A DNA stretch of 64,000 nt from positions 114,452,001-114,516,000 of the forward strand of contig NW_027362765.1 in the NCBI RefSeq assembly GCF_046119375.1, given 5' to 3'. Of the stretch, positions 1-11,937 are shown in pieces. A program made the translations under genes and the position numbers. The notes below the pieces were generated by a model. It was given only the letters and a program-made list of their open reading frames with translations. It searched no databases and was not told the origin of the DNA. Every line of letters begins with the position of its first letter. The stretch's first letter is position 1. The DNA is from Phyllobates terribilis. Lineage: Eukaryota.

Positions 1-540
1 CCAATACCTGATTTACAAACAACAGTATCACTGTGCTTGACTGGCCAGCAAACTCGCCTGACCTTAACCCCATAGAGAATCTATGGGGTATTGTCAAGAG
101 GAAGATGAGAGACACCAGACCCAACAATGCAGACGAGCTGAAGGCTGCTATCAAAGCAACCTGGGCTTCCATAACACCTCAGCAGTGCCACAGGCTGATC
201 GCCTCCATGCCACGCCGCATTGATGCAGTAATTGATGCAAAAGGAGCCCCGACCAAGTATTGAGTGCATTTACTGAACATACATTTCAGTAGGCCAACAT
301 TTCCGATTTTAAAATCATTTTTCAAGCTGTTGTTATAAAGTATTCTAATTTACTGAGATAATGACTTTTGTGTTTTCATTGGCTGTAAACCATAATCATC
401 AACATTAACAGAAATAAACACTTGAAATAGATCACTCTGTTTGTAATGACTCCATATAATATATGAGTTTCACTTTTTAAATTAAAGAACAGAAATAAAT
501 TAACTTTTTGATGATATTCTAATTTTGTGAGAAGCACCTG
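1..540 (+). mobile_element. 3' part of a Tc1/mariner DNA transposon, truncated by the window edge
   Basis: ORF 33-263 encodes a Tc1 transposase C-terminus ([15 protein letters not shown]...GAPTKY). The element ends ...gagaagcacctg at 540, followed by TA at 541-542. Confidence 0.9.
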
Positions 541-669
541 TATCCTGTACTGATCCTGAGTTATATCCTGTATTATACTCCAGAGCTGCACTCACTATTC
601 TGCTGGTGGAGTCACTGTGTACATACATTACATTACTTATCCTGTACTGATCCTGAGTTACATCCTGTA
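541..669 (+). repeat. 97-bp satellite-like unit (about 1.3 copies), left flank of the LINE
   Basis: tatcctgtactgatcctgagtt occurs at 541 and 638 (97-bp period). The unit contains ccagagctgcactcactattctgctggtggagtcactgtgtaca, which recurs at 15463. Confidence 0.8.
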
Positions 670-1340
670 GATCTTTTATTATAAAAATGAAAAACATAAC
701 AATAATAATAACAGAAACATAACAAAATTATCAACCGCAAAATAAACAATGTAATGAAACTGGTCCAGCGCTCCTTCTCCCCTCACACACATATTATACA
801 TATATACAGAATAATAACTACTCATATTACAGACTTCTGGTCCGGTTACCAAAGAAAATAATAACCACAAACAATAAATAAAATAAACAATAGCTGGAAA
901 AATATATACAAAACTTTTTTTTTTTTTTAATATACAATAAATACTAACTATACAACTATATACAAGACTAAACTAACCACCCAGCACTCAAACCCACCAT
1001 TCCCAACCCCGGCACTGACCTGAGAGCTGGTCCTGCGTCTCATGCCTCAGTCCATGTCCAACGTCCATAGGCCAGATCAGGCAGTGCCAGTTTTTCACCC
1101 AAATAACCAGTGTCCCAAAGTCCCACAAGATGAACCCACCTCCCCCCTTTTCCCACCACCCAACCTAACACCTACACCCAAATCCATAGCCTTATATACA
1201 ATATATACAGAAATAAACAATACAATAACCACAACTAACAAAGCCCAAGTTTGGCGCCTGCATCACTGTCTACTGATCAAAACGAAACAAAAATCTATGG
1301 TGTCAGCAGCAGCCCACCACCGGGAGAGGAGATGACCAGA

Positions 1341-3590
1341 CTAGGGCACACTAAAAGAAAAGCCCCTCCAGAGGAGAGCGGCCCTACATGTGCCCAGTCT
1401 CTCACACTCCAGAGAGCGCACCGTCACCAGGTCACCGAGTATGGTCCTAAACACATCGTCCACTGGGAGGATTTTCCGTTGCGTCAATACTAAGCACCAT
1501 GCGTTGCACGTGTGATACCTAACCACTGTGCTAACTAGAAATAAGGTGCAGCGGTGCTGACCACCCAGGTCTCCGATTGCTCCATAGGCCCATTCCACAT
1601 AAGAGAGATCGGCCAGCCGGGGCCAGCCAATGGAGGCGCCCACCCTGTTGTACACCTCTGTGTTAAAGGGACAACGAAGCAGGAAGTGGTCCACGCTTCC
1701 CAGCATGGTAACACAATGCTCCCGAGGACAGTTCCTGTCCTCAGAGCTCCTTCACACACAGTTTCCCATAGAAGCAGCACCAAGCCAAGTCCCAAAACTT
1801 CAAGGGGATCCTGATAGAATTGAAAAGATGCAGACCCACCCCAAGGTCCCGACTTGGGCAATCCCTGAGCGCCAGAGGCCTTTGAAAATGGGTCAACAAA
1901 ACCCTTTTGTCAAGGAGCTTCCTCGGCAGAGTCATGACCTCCCACATTCCCAGACCCCACCAGCGAATTAACTTCAGAACCAGGGTAGCGTAAGCTGGTA
2001 GATGTCCATGCGGTGTGCGTAGATCCTTCACTTGCCCTCCTGTTTCCCATTCCTGGAAGAAAGGCTGAAACCATCCCCTACAGGAGAATACCCACAGAGG
2101 AGCCCTCTCTTTCCAGAGGTTTGCAATATTGATCTTAATGAAGGTATTCACAAGGAATACCACAGGGTTGACCATACCCAACCCTCCTAGTCTCCTCGTA
2201 CGGTAAGTAACCTCCCTCTTGACCAGGTTCAGTCTATTCCCCCATAATAGTTGGAAGAACAAACTGTAGACTCGAGTCCAGAGAGGCTCTGACAAGATGC
2301 ACACACTGCCCAGATAGATCAGCAAAGGGAGCAGGTAAATTTTGATCAGGTTTATTCTTTCCCTTAGGGTCAAAGACCAACCCTTCCATTGGTTTACCTT
2401 CTGAGTGACAATCTCTAGCCAATTTTGTTTGGGGTAATCCCCCTGGCCAAATTCGATGGCAAGAACTTTTGCAGAGACTTTAGGTCCTGGAAGGGTGTCC
2501 GGGAGATCAAAACCAGGATCTCCTCCTCCTAGCCAGAGACTCTCACACTTATCCTGGTTGATTTTAGACCCGGATGCCTCAGAGTAGTGATTTACCTCTG
2601 ACATCAGCCATTCTGCCTCCCCATCAGTGGAAACAAAAACAGTGACGTCATCGGCATATGCCACCACTCTCAGAGTGGCTTCCGATGCTGCCCGTTCCAT
2701 CCCAGTCCCAGTCAACAGTCCACGCTCCACCCTCCTAAGAAGTGGGTCAATTGCAAATACGTACAGTAGCAGACTCAAGGGACAACCCTGGCGAACACCA
2801 CACCCAACCTCAAAAGAGCTGCCAATCCAACCGATCACAAGCGGGAAACTCTCTGCCCCAGCGTACAAGGTCTTAAGCCAATCAACAAACCCCCCCCCCC
2901 CGGCAAGCCATACCTCAGAAGGACAGACCAGAGGTACTCATGATTAACCTGATCGAACGCTTTTGCCTGGTCTAATGACAGCATGTACCCCTTCCAGTGG
3001 CCAGCCCTACCCTGCTCCACCGCCTCTCGGACACAGAGTATAGCACTAATTGTACTACGTCCCGGAACAGAGCAATGCTGAGCCCCCGAAAGTAGCCGGG
3101 GTGCAAATTTCACCAGCCGATTAAACAGCACCTTTGCCAAAACCTTCCTCTCTGCATTGTGAAGCACTATGGGACGCCAATTCTCAATGCAAGATGGGTC
3201 CTTAACCTTTGACAAGATGATCAGGGCAGACCTCCTCATTGACTTTGGCAGAGTTCCTGAGGAAAGACACTCACTGAATACCTCAGTCAAGAGGGGAACC
3301 AAGGCGTCCTTAAAGGTCTTATAGAATTCAGATGTTAAGCCATCTGGACCGGGAGACTTTTTTAGGGCAAGCCCTTCAATCGCCAACTTAACTTCCTCTT
3401 CCCTGATCATTTCTGTGAAAGCGCCAAGAGAGGGGTCTACCCCTGGTTCGGGGACGGCTTCAGCCAGAAAAGCCGACATCTCATCCCAATCCAGATCCCT
3501 CTTCCCCAAGAGGTGCGAGTAGAAGGATCTGACGACCTCCGGAATCCCTGATCTGGATCTTTTCAGGAACCCGCAGTGTCAACCAGGAGT
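1341..3590 (-). pseudogene. Tx1 ORF2 C-terminal part (RT and Cys/His domain), frameshifted
   Basis: Minus ORFs 2835-3509 (KKSPGPDGLTSEFYK, NWRPIVL, LDQAKAFDQVNH), 1741-2868 (GVRQGCPLS, YADDVT) and 1341-1706 (DHFLLRCP) are collinear L1/Tx1 RT motifs in different frames. Confidence 0.92.
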
Positions 3591-3669
3591 GAAATGTTAA
3601 TATGGTGTCGGGCAGCAATAGGTCTCAATAGGTCTCAGGGGTCAAGATTATCAGGCCCTGGTAGAACCC

Positions 3670-6600
3670 GTGTACTCTGATAGTAGGCCCACCATCTTGA
3701 CAGCCAGGGGTGTAGTCGATGTCCGCAAGGGGAGAGTACCGATACGCATCCTGAATTGTGGGGAGAAAGAGGTCCATTTACCCCGGTATGCCACCCTTGC
3801 TAAGCTGTTCACTGTCAGTAACAATGCAATAAAGGCAGTGGAACCCTTGCCTCCATCCAAACGGCCGGAGGATAATGGCTCCAAGGGGTAGGTGGAGGAT
3901 TGGTGTCAGAAGCTACAAGAAAACACTGACTCCACCCCTTTTCACCAAAAGCATGGAGTGTACCGGGTGGTCCAAGAATATGAGCGAGTCTTTAGCAAAC
4001 ACCCACTAGACTTTGGGCAGGTAAAAGGGGTCCAAGATCATATCCCCACAGGAGATCATCCGCCCATTAAAGAGAGGTACCATCCTGTACCCCCAGCTCA
4101 CTATCAATGTGCCAAGGGAATGTTACGGGAGATGAAGGAGGCTGGGATGATCAGAGATAGTTGTAGCCCCTGGGCAGCTCCATTAGTCCTTGTTAGAAAG
4201 AAAGATGGTACAATGAGGATGTGTGTTGATTATAGGCAGATTAACCGCAAACCGCATTAAACATAAGGACCCTTACCCATTACCCAAAATTGAGGAATCA
4301 TTGGCTGCACTAAGATCCGCTAACTATTTCTCCACTTTGGATCTCACCAGTGGGTATTGGCAGGTTCCCGTGGCAGAGGTGGACAGAGAGAAGACGGCGT
4401 TTACGACACCAATGGGCCTCAGCGAGTTCAACTGCATGCCATTCGGGCTCTGCAACGCCCTGGGAACTTTCCAGCGGTTAATGAAGTGTTGCCTAGGACA
4501 CAAAAACTTTGAAACCGTTCTGCTGTACCTAGATGACGTAATTGTCTACTCAAAGACATACGAAGATGTGTGACGCTCACACCCCGCCCTGGGAGATGGG
4601 GGTACTCGGAGCCGGGTCAGATGTTGGGGGGGGGGGTGTAGCCATGGCCTGGACCTGTCCCGTGCCCAGGGCCGTCACATTAAAAGATGTAATGGGCTTT
4701 CAGAGTTGGTGTTAATCGAGTGGTTGTATTGACTACGCCACCTGTGGTGTCTGGTGATTCCCCCACCAGCGCTGCGTTCAGTCCTCTGAGGCGGGATGTA
4801 ATGGCAGCAGGAGATGATACTACTCCTCACAGGCGGAGCAGGGCCTCAGGGCAGAGAGAACAGGAGGATGGGAACTGTAGTGGGAGATGTGGTGCGGTGT
4901 CGTACGGTGCCGCGTTGCAATAAGGAACTGGAGGCCATAGGGGTAGTCTTCCAAGCATTACTCACGGTAGAATGCACAGCTGCAAGGCTTCTCCCTGCTC
5001 CTCACGGCGTGCTGCGGCCACCAGGACCGGGGGTCCGACAACCTCCAGGTAGTTCAGGTGCTTTGGTCAGGACCCCGCACCAGAGTGTTCCTAGACTTTC
5101 CCACTAGGTCCTCTCCTGTCCATATGTGGTGCGTGTACTAAGGCCGGGTCTTCCTCTGGACTATGCACAGAACAAGGGTACGGGTGGCGACTCCACTCCG
5201 TCCGTTACCCGGTGGGATCCGCTGAGCCTCCGGGCTTCTCCGACTAAGATTTGAAGTGACAGAGTCAGATATCGGGGGCCGGTACCCCTTTTGCAGCAGG
5301 AATCCCTCTGACTAGGCCAGAATAATGAGGACAGGTGGCGTATACCGCTCCGTCTGCATCCCCCTGGGATCCTTTTGCCCGCGGAGCTTTACTTCTCCGC
5401 TCCCCTCCAGGCCTTCTTAAGTAAGGACCTTGACCGGGCAGAGACAGCTGTTAACTCTTGCTCGTTCCTCGTCTCAAGGCCAGAGTACGAGGACCGTGTC
5501 CCCATCAACTGCAGGTTCACACAGAAAGCCACGTTCAGCGATGAAGATCACAATCAAAGACCTTGAACTTAAGATGGTTGGCTATTAAATATGAATTTTG
5601 TACGTGTAACCTCTAAGTGTGTCCTCCACCCTTACCCACTACTAGGTTCCCCCTTACTTTTGGTTCCCCCATCTCCACTTATCCCGGCTGGGGCAGCACC
5701 CTGGTGCCTTAAAGCCCCCCTACAGGTGGAAGAGATGTAGTGTTGGATGCAGAGGTAGGGTCCTGACAGCTGCACCATCCTTACCTCAAAGGAGAGATAC
5801 CATACCTCATTAAAGAGATGCAGTACCCCTGTGGCGACCGAACCCTCAGGGGCGCCACAAAGACCACCTGGAGCACCTGACAGAGGTGTTTGAAGCCCTA
5901 TCTGGTTATGGCCTGAAAGTAAAGCCGTCCAAGTGCCACCTGTTGAAGCCCAAGGTGCAGTACCTAGGTCACGTGGTAAGCACTGAAGGTGTAGCACCAG
6001 ACCCTGAAAAAGTCACCGTGATCAAGGACTGGCCAAGACCCTCCACTATCAAGGAAGTGCAGCAGTTCCTCGGGCTGGTAAGCTACTACAGGAGATTCAT
6101 CAAGGGTTTCACCAAGATAGCGGCACCCATGCAGGACCTCCTAGTGGGCCAGTCCAAGAAGGCCAAGAACCCGAATCCTCCGTTCAAGTGGAGTAAAGCA
6201 GGAGAAGAATCCTTCACTCGACTGAAAGTGGCTCTTACGGGAGACGAAGTCCTGGCCTACCCTGACTATGGCCAAGCCTTTGTACTCTATGCGGATGCCA
6301 GCAACGTGGAATTTGGGAGCGGTGCTGTCCCAGGTACAGCAGGGCAGAGAGAGAGTGATTGCCTACGCCAGCAGGAAGCTCCGTCCCACAGAAAGGAACC
6401 CCGACAACTATAGTTCCTTTAAGTTGGAGTTTTTAGCCATAGTCTGGGCTGTAACAGAGAGCTTCAAACACTACCTCGCCTCCTCCATATTTACAGTCTT
6501 CACGGATAACAACCTGTTGACGCACCTGGAGACTGCGAAGCTTGGTGCCCTAGAACAACGATGGATGGCTCGACTGTCCAACTACGAGTTTACCATCAAG

Positions 6601-8379
6601 TATCGGGGGGGGGCATAAAAACGCTAATGCTGATGCGTTGTCCAGGATGCCCAACGTGCCAGATGGGGGAGTAGACCCGGAAGAGTTGGAAGAGATAGAG
6701 ATACCCGCTTTCCATTGTCACAGGGTGACCCAGTGCTCCCAATGTGTGAGGAACAAGCGCTCCGCTAACAGGGAGGCCACGTTTAACCCATTGCCCCACC
6801 ATGGATGGGCAGAGACGCAGGATAGCAACCCAGCTGTCCACCTAGTAAAGGAGTTGCTGACACAAGCTGACTCGCACCCTGATCCAGATGCTCCACAGGA
6901 GACCCAACAGTTGTGGAAGGAGAAGGGTAAGCTGTTCATCTACGAGGGAAAGCTGTGTCGAAGAAGCATCAACTCCCGGACACACAAACTGGTCTGGCAG
7001 GTGGTAGTCCGGAGGCGGGATGCGCCAATGGTCTTAGAAGCGTACCAAGATGGAGCAGGACACTTCAGGTGGAAGAAGTTGGAAGTCCTGCTACGTGAGT
7101 GATTCTACTGGGTTGGCATGAGGAAAGCGATCGAGAGATGGTGTCGAGAATGTGGTCCATGCAACCTGAAACGGAAAGACCGTGATAGCCAGAGGGCTCC
7201 CCTGCAGCCCATAATCACCAAACAACCACTTGAACTGGTAGCCTTGGACCACGTGAAGCTAGCCCCAAGTCAGTCAGGCTATGTCTACGCTCTCACCATA
7301 GTAGACCACTACTCCCGGGTTCCTGGTAGTAGTGCCAGTGAAGGACCAGACGGCTAAGACGGCAGCCAAAGCGTTTCAACAACACTTTTTTCGCCCGCAT
7401 GGCTACCCTGAATGAGTGCTTACCGACCAAGGCCCAGCCTTTGAAGCAGAAGTGTTTCAAGAATTCTGTAACTTGTACAGCTGCAAGAAAATAAGGATGA
7501 TGCCGTATCATCCCCAGACCAACGTGTTGTGCGAGAAAATGAACCAGGTGGTAATAGACTTGTTGAAGACGCTTGCCCTTGAAGAACGTAGCCTGTGGAC
7601 AGAGAAGTTACCTGATTTGGTGGACCTGTATAACCACATCCCGGTGAACTCCACCAACTGTACACCCGCCTACCTGATGAGAGCAAGACCTGGAAAGCTA
7701 CCCATTGACTTAGACATGGGAGTTTTAACACCTGGAGAACAGATACTCAAAAGGAAAAGACGAGTTCACAAATTAGATGATCAGTGGGAGGTTGAGCCAT
7801 ACACCATCTTACCTTCAAATTTCGACAAAACCAATGTATGCCTCATCAGTAAAGATGGAGGAGAGACTTCAACAGCAGTCTCAGAGAGACCACCGGAAGA
7901 TATGCCCTGATCAATTGAGACACAAAGAGGAAGACCAAAACAGCCCCCAGCACACAGAAACGGTGGAAGAAACGGTTCAAACCATCCTTGGAGAATTTCT
8001 CCGGTCTTGGACGCAGGTGAACCAAGCAATCGTGGTACCTGTCCTGACCTTTCCCCAAGTAGCCTCACAGGAAGCTGCAGAGACTCTAGAACAGCAGAAA
8101 GACCAGTCGGCCCCAGAAACAAATGCTTCATCAGCAGTGGAACCTGTGAATCTACCCCCTGCTAGCGGCGAATCTCTCATACCCATGGTGAGTCAAAGAG
8201 TTCGTAGAAGACTACCAAGCCTACTGGTGTTACCTCAGATTAACCGTAGTGTAGTCCACACTGAACCCACCACACCAGCGGCAGACACTAGAGACCCTTG
8301 TAGGTCATTGTTAACAAATGTACTGTGTAGATCAACCCATAGTACCATAGGTCAGCTCCCTGCCCGTTATAGGGAGTAA
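3670..8379 (+). pseudogene. Gypsy pol remnant (RT-RNaseH-integrase) with stops, frameshifts and a solo-LTR insertion
   Basis: ORFs 3892-4260, 4223-4573, 5886-6413, 6268-6618, 6638-7102, 7118-7357 and 7416-7910 tile one pol gene. Confidence 0.9.
4567..5859 (-). mobile_element. Solo LTR inserted in the Gypsy RT, antisense, 4-bp TSD AAGA
   Basis: TG...CA ends, with AAGA at 4563-4566 and 5860-5863. Removing the insert restores TAC GAA GAC CAC CTG GAG CAC (YEDHLEH). Confidence 0.9.
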
Positions 8380-8538
8380 AAAGTAGTAAAATAATAGTAT
8401 ATGTTATATACTTGCAACCGTTACGTAAACCTGGATATATATACTTATTAAATTTATGGACAAATGGACAACAGGACTAGGTGTGGTCAGGACAATGTTG
8501 AATAAAGTTAAGTGTTGGCCTTGAAAATAAACCGCAGG

Positions 8539-9589
8539 TGTGGCGCCCTGCTGTGCATTGGTGCCACAGAACCCAGAAGGGTGCATGGATGGACTTCTCC
8601 ACAGGAGGCCCTCACACATTCACACACCTCCACCCTACCACCTCAGACCAGTAGAGGGAGCCCGTTAGGGATATATATAGGGAGGGTGGAGCCAGGCAGT
8701 TCAGTCTAGAGTTTAGAGTTTAGTGTGCTGAGTGAGAGAGCAGCATGCAGGCTGCTAGGTGAGGCAAGTTGAGGCCTACAGCATGCACTGAAGCCTAGTG
8801 AGGGCCTTGAGTGGGCCGAAGGCGAGAGGAGAAGAAAGAAGTAGCAAGGGGACAGAGGAGCATACCAGGCTCACCCCGATATATATATACCGGACACCGG
8901 GTCCGCGCCTACAGGGACATTTATACTCAGTAGGAACCACCGGAACCCCTGGAGGTCTACAGGTCCCAGGTTCACCAAACGCTGGCTACAGTACCAGGGC
9001 TAGGAGTCACGGAGGTCCCAGCGTCCAGGGAGAGTGATCTCCAAAGAGAAGGCCCTACCACCAGGTCAGCAGGTGCCAAGAGAGACAGTAACCAAGCTAG
9101 GCCTAGCTCCAGGCAGGTCAGAAGCTTAGAGAAGAAAGCAACTGATCTGGAGGCCCTATACCCGCTCACTGGGGAGAGTCCAAAAGTGCTCCTTTCACCT
9201 GGAATACCCTGGACCGTGCCTGCAGCATCACCAGTAAAGGTACTGAAGCTTACCCCCGTGTGAGTGTACGTCTTTCCTCCGGGACCCTCCTGCCGTCTCT
9301 CCCCTGCACCACCATCCATTACACCCCACGCTGCCCTGGAGCTAGCTCTACCTGTGGAGAGCCACACCATCCCTGCTGCCATAACACCAGCTCCAGTAGA
9401 ATGCTCCGCAGCGGCGGCACCCCTTAGCCGCATTCCACAGGTGGCGTCACAAACTTTCCCAAATCCCCTATAAAATATCCCCCCTTTTACTGACCACCCT
9501 GGGTCACGGACCGGGCCAGCTACCGTGATATCCCCCAGCAACCAGAGGCCCGGCTGCCGAGTACCCCATGGCCCTGGGGGTGCGTCACA
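8539..9589 (+). repeat. 3' LTR of the Gypsy element
   Basis: Starts tgtggcgccctg and ends gggggtgcgtcaca. Contains TATA-like tatata motifs and shares terminal motifs with the other two LTRs. Confidence 0.8.
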
Positions 9590-10922
9590 GGCGTGGCCAA
9601 AAAACAGGCCCACCGACAGAGTGCCCTGAAGCCATGCCCAGGGACCATACACGAAGTGGGTTGAGGAGGTTCCCACCAACCAAACGTCAGGTATCCGGAA
9701 AAAGACAATTCCTGGATAGTGGCGTAAAGACTAAGCGCCGCAATGACTGCTACCAATTTTTGTTGGGTTTTTGTGATTTTTGCTTTTTGAGACTCAATTT
9801 TGTAAATTGTTGGTAATGAGAATTGTTATTGTTGTTAATTGTTAATTCAAAAAGGTATCCTCAGTCCGGGAGTACTGAATTTAATTAGGGGGGAATGTGA
9901 CACCCAGGGGTCCAGTTGCCACAGTGGCATTGCCTCCCTCACAAGGGGTGATACCATGCCTGGAAGCAAGGAGGGGTCCCCTAGTCAGGTTTACCAGCAT
10001 GCAACACTTTCCTGGCTCTAGACCAGAAAGGGGAGCTCCTCCCCTTGACAACTGGAATCTGAAGGCGGGGTTAGTAAGAGTGAGTTGAGAGGAGTTGAAG
10101 ACAGGACAGCGACGAGGAAGGACCTGGGGAAGGGAGCTGTGTATAAGCTCGCCCTAGAGGAGAGAAGCGCAGAAGAACTGGACACTGGAGTCCGAGGTTG
10201 TGGGGCACTGAAGGCCCAGCAGCAGAATTCGGAGGGCAGGAGACTGCAGGTCTCCTGACCCCATCCGACGCCCGGCGACACAGCAGCACCATAGGGCCCA
10301 GCATCGCCACGTGGGAGCGACACTTAAGGAAGGCCCGAGCTGCCTGCCATACTGGTGAGGAAAAAGACATTTTACTCAGGGACGAGGGCCGCAGCATAGC
10401 TACAAGCAGCAGGGCCAAAGAGATTAGCACAGAGGGAAGGCCTACAACTTCACCTGGCGAGGTGGATCTCCAACTTGCTTCCAGGCCGCCCGGACCTCTA
10501 CTACCAGCTAGTACCCGTGCCCCAGGCTGCTTAACAAACCGCAAGTAAAGATAAGAGGAAACCGCCATTAAGCTGTGGACTGGTCATTATCTGCGCCATC
10601 ATCTGCACTACACCGCACCAACAACATCTACCTCATAGCATTACTATATCCTGCCCTGGAGCTAAGTTCTGCCTGTGGAGAGCTGAACCAACTCTGCTGC
10701 GTCACCATCAGCTCCAGAGGATCTGCACCGCAGCGGCGGCTCCATATAGCCGCATACCACAGGTGGCGTCACGAACATTATCTCTGTAAAAACTTTATTC
10801 TCCTTTTACTTTTCCCCTTTTATTGACCGCCCTGGGTCACGGACCGGGTCACTGCCACTGTGACATCCCCCAGCACTGACCGGCCCGGCTACCGAGTACC
10901 CCATGGCCCAGGGGGAGCGCCA
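9590..10922 (+). mobile_element. 3' end of a second LTR element: internal tail, PPT and LTR 9896-10922
   Basis: Purine tract aggggggaa directly precedes tgtgacacccagggg (9896). The LTR ends gggggagcgcca (10922), after which Tx1 ORF2 resumes. Confidence 0.8.
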
Positions 10923-11937
10923 GGTACTTCCCATAATCCCTCTCAAAAAACAAAGATGCGTGTCTATCATACTGACAACTCATTAGCAAAGATTTCACTC
11001 TGGAGATCTCCAGTTGAGACAAGATGCTCGAGTTTCCTCCTCAGGCCCTGATACAGGCGGTACCTGTCCAGACTCCTGAGCCTCAACAGCTGGTGGAAGA
11101 ATCTCGTCACCATATTCTTGAACATCTCCCACCAATCTGAAGAAAATCCTCAAAGGATTGTCTTATCTCCGCTTCTTCCAAGAGAGGCTAATTGAGCCCC
11201 CAAAAGCCTCTTCCAATACAGGGGTCTCTGTAACATTCAGAGAAAACAAAATCAAACAGTGATCGGAGCACTCCACTTCAACAACAGATACTGCTGAAGA
11301 GACGGCTTCTTCCTATAAATAAAACCTGACTATCTTGGACCTACATTTACCTCTATGATAGGTGAACCCCTCGTGGCCTGGGGTGTGCTGGATGTGGACA
11401 TCCACCAGGCGAGCCTCACTAGCTATACTATTAAGGGCGACGCTATCATAAGTCAGCTTGTGTCTGGAACCTCTTCTATCCCGGGGCCTCGTGACAGTGT
11501 TGAAGTCCCCTCCAAAGATGACCTGCCGACTCGTAAAAAGGTAGGGCTTGATCCTCATAAAGAGAAACTTCCGGTCCCACTTAGATTGGGGACCATAGAT
11601 GTTAATTAGCCGAAGCTCCTGTCCCTTCATGAGGACATCTAATATCAGGCAACTCCCCATTTCTAACTCAATAACCCATCGACATTCTACCGGTGCAATA
11701 AAAAGGACCCACTCCGCTATCCAGCTTGGTTGCAAGAGACCAATAGGAGGGCCCGAGTCTCCACTCCCTCTTAGCTTTAAACACCTCTGCCATGTTTGGC
11801 AGCCTGGTCTCTTGCAAAAAGAAAATGTCAGCTTCAACTCGGCTGAGAAAATCAAAGGCTGCAAATCTAGCCATATTTGACTTAATGCTGGCGACATTAA
11901 TGGATGCCAACGTCAACGGAGTGGGTACCGCCATCAT
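10923..11937 (-). pseudogene. Tx1 ORF2 N-terminal part (APE endonuclease), frameshifted
   Basis: MMAVPTPLTLASINVASIK...FFLQETRL, LINIYGP, GGDFNTV, FTYHRG and a downstream SDH motif are APE endonuclease motifs. Confidence 0.9.

Larger units (their letters stand above)
3597..9589 (+). mobile_element. Gypsy/Ty3 LTR retrotransposon, 5'-truncated (pol plus 3' LTR)
   Basis: Order RT ([19 protein letters not shown]), RNase H (DASN, VIAYASR, E-F-LAIVWA), integrase (H..GH, C..C, VALDHV, DQGPAFE), then a TG...CA LTR. Confidence 0.92.
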
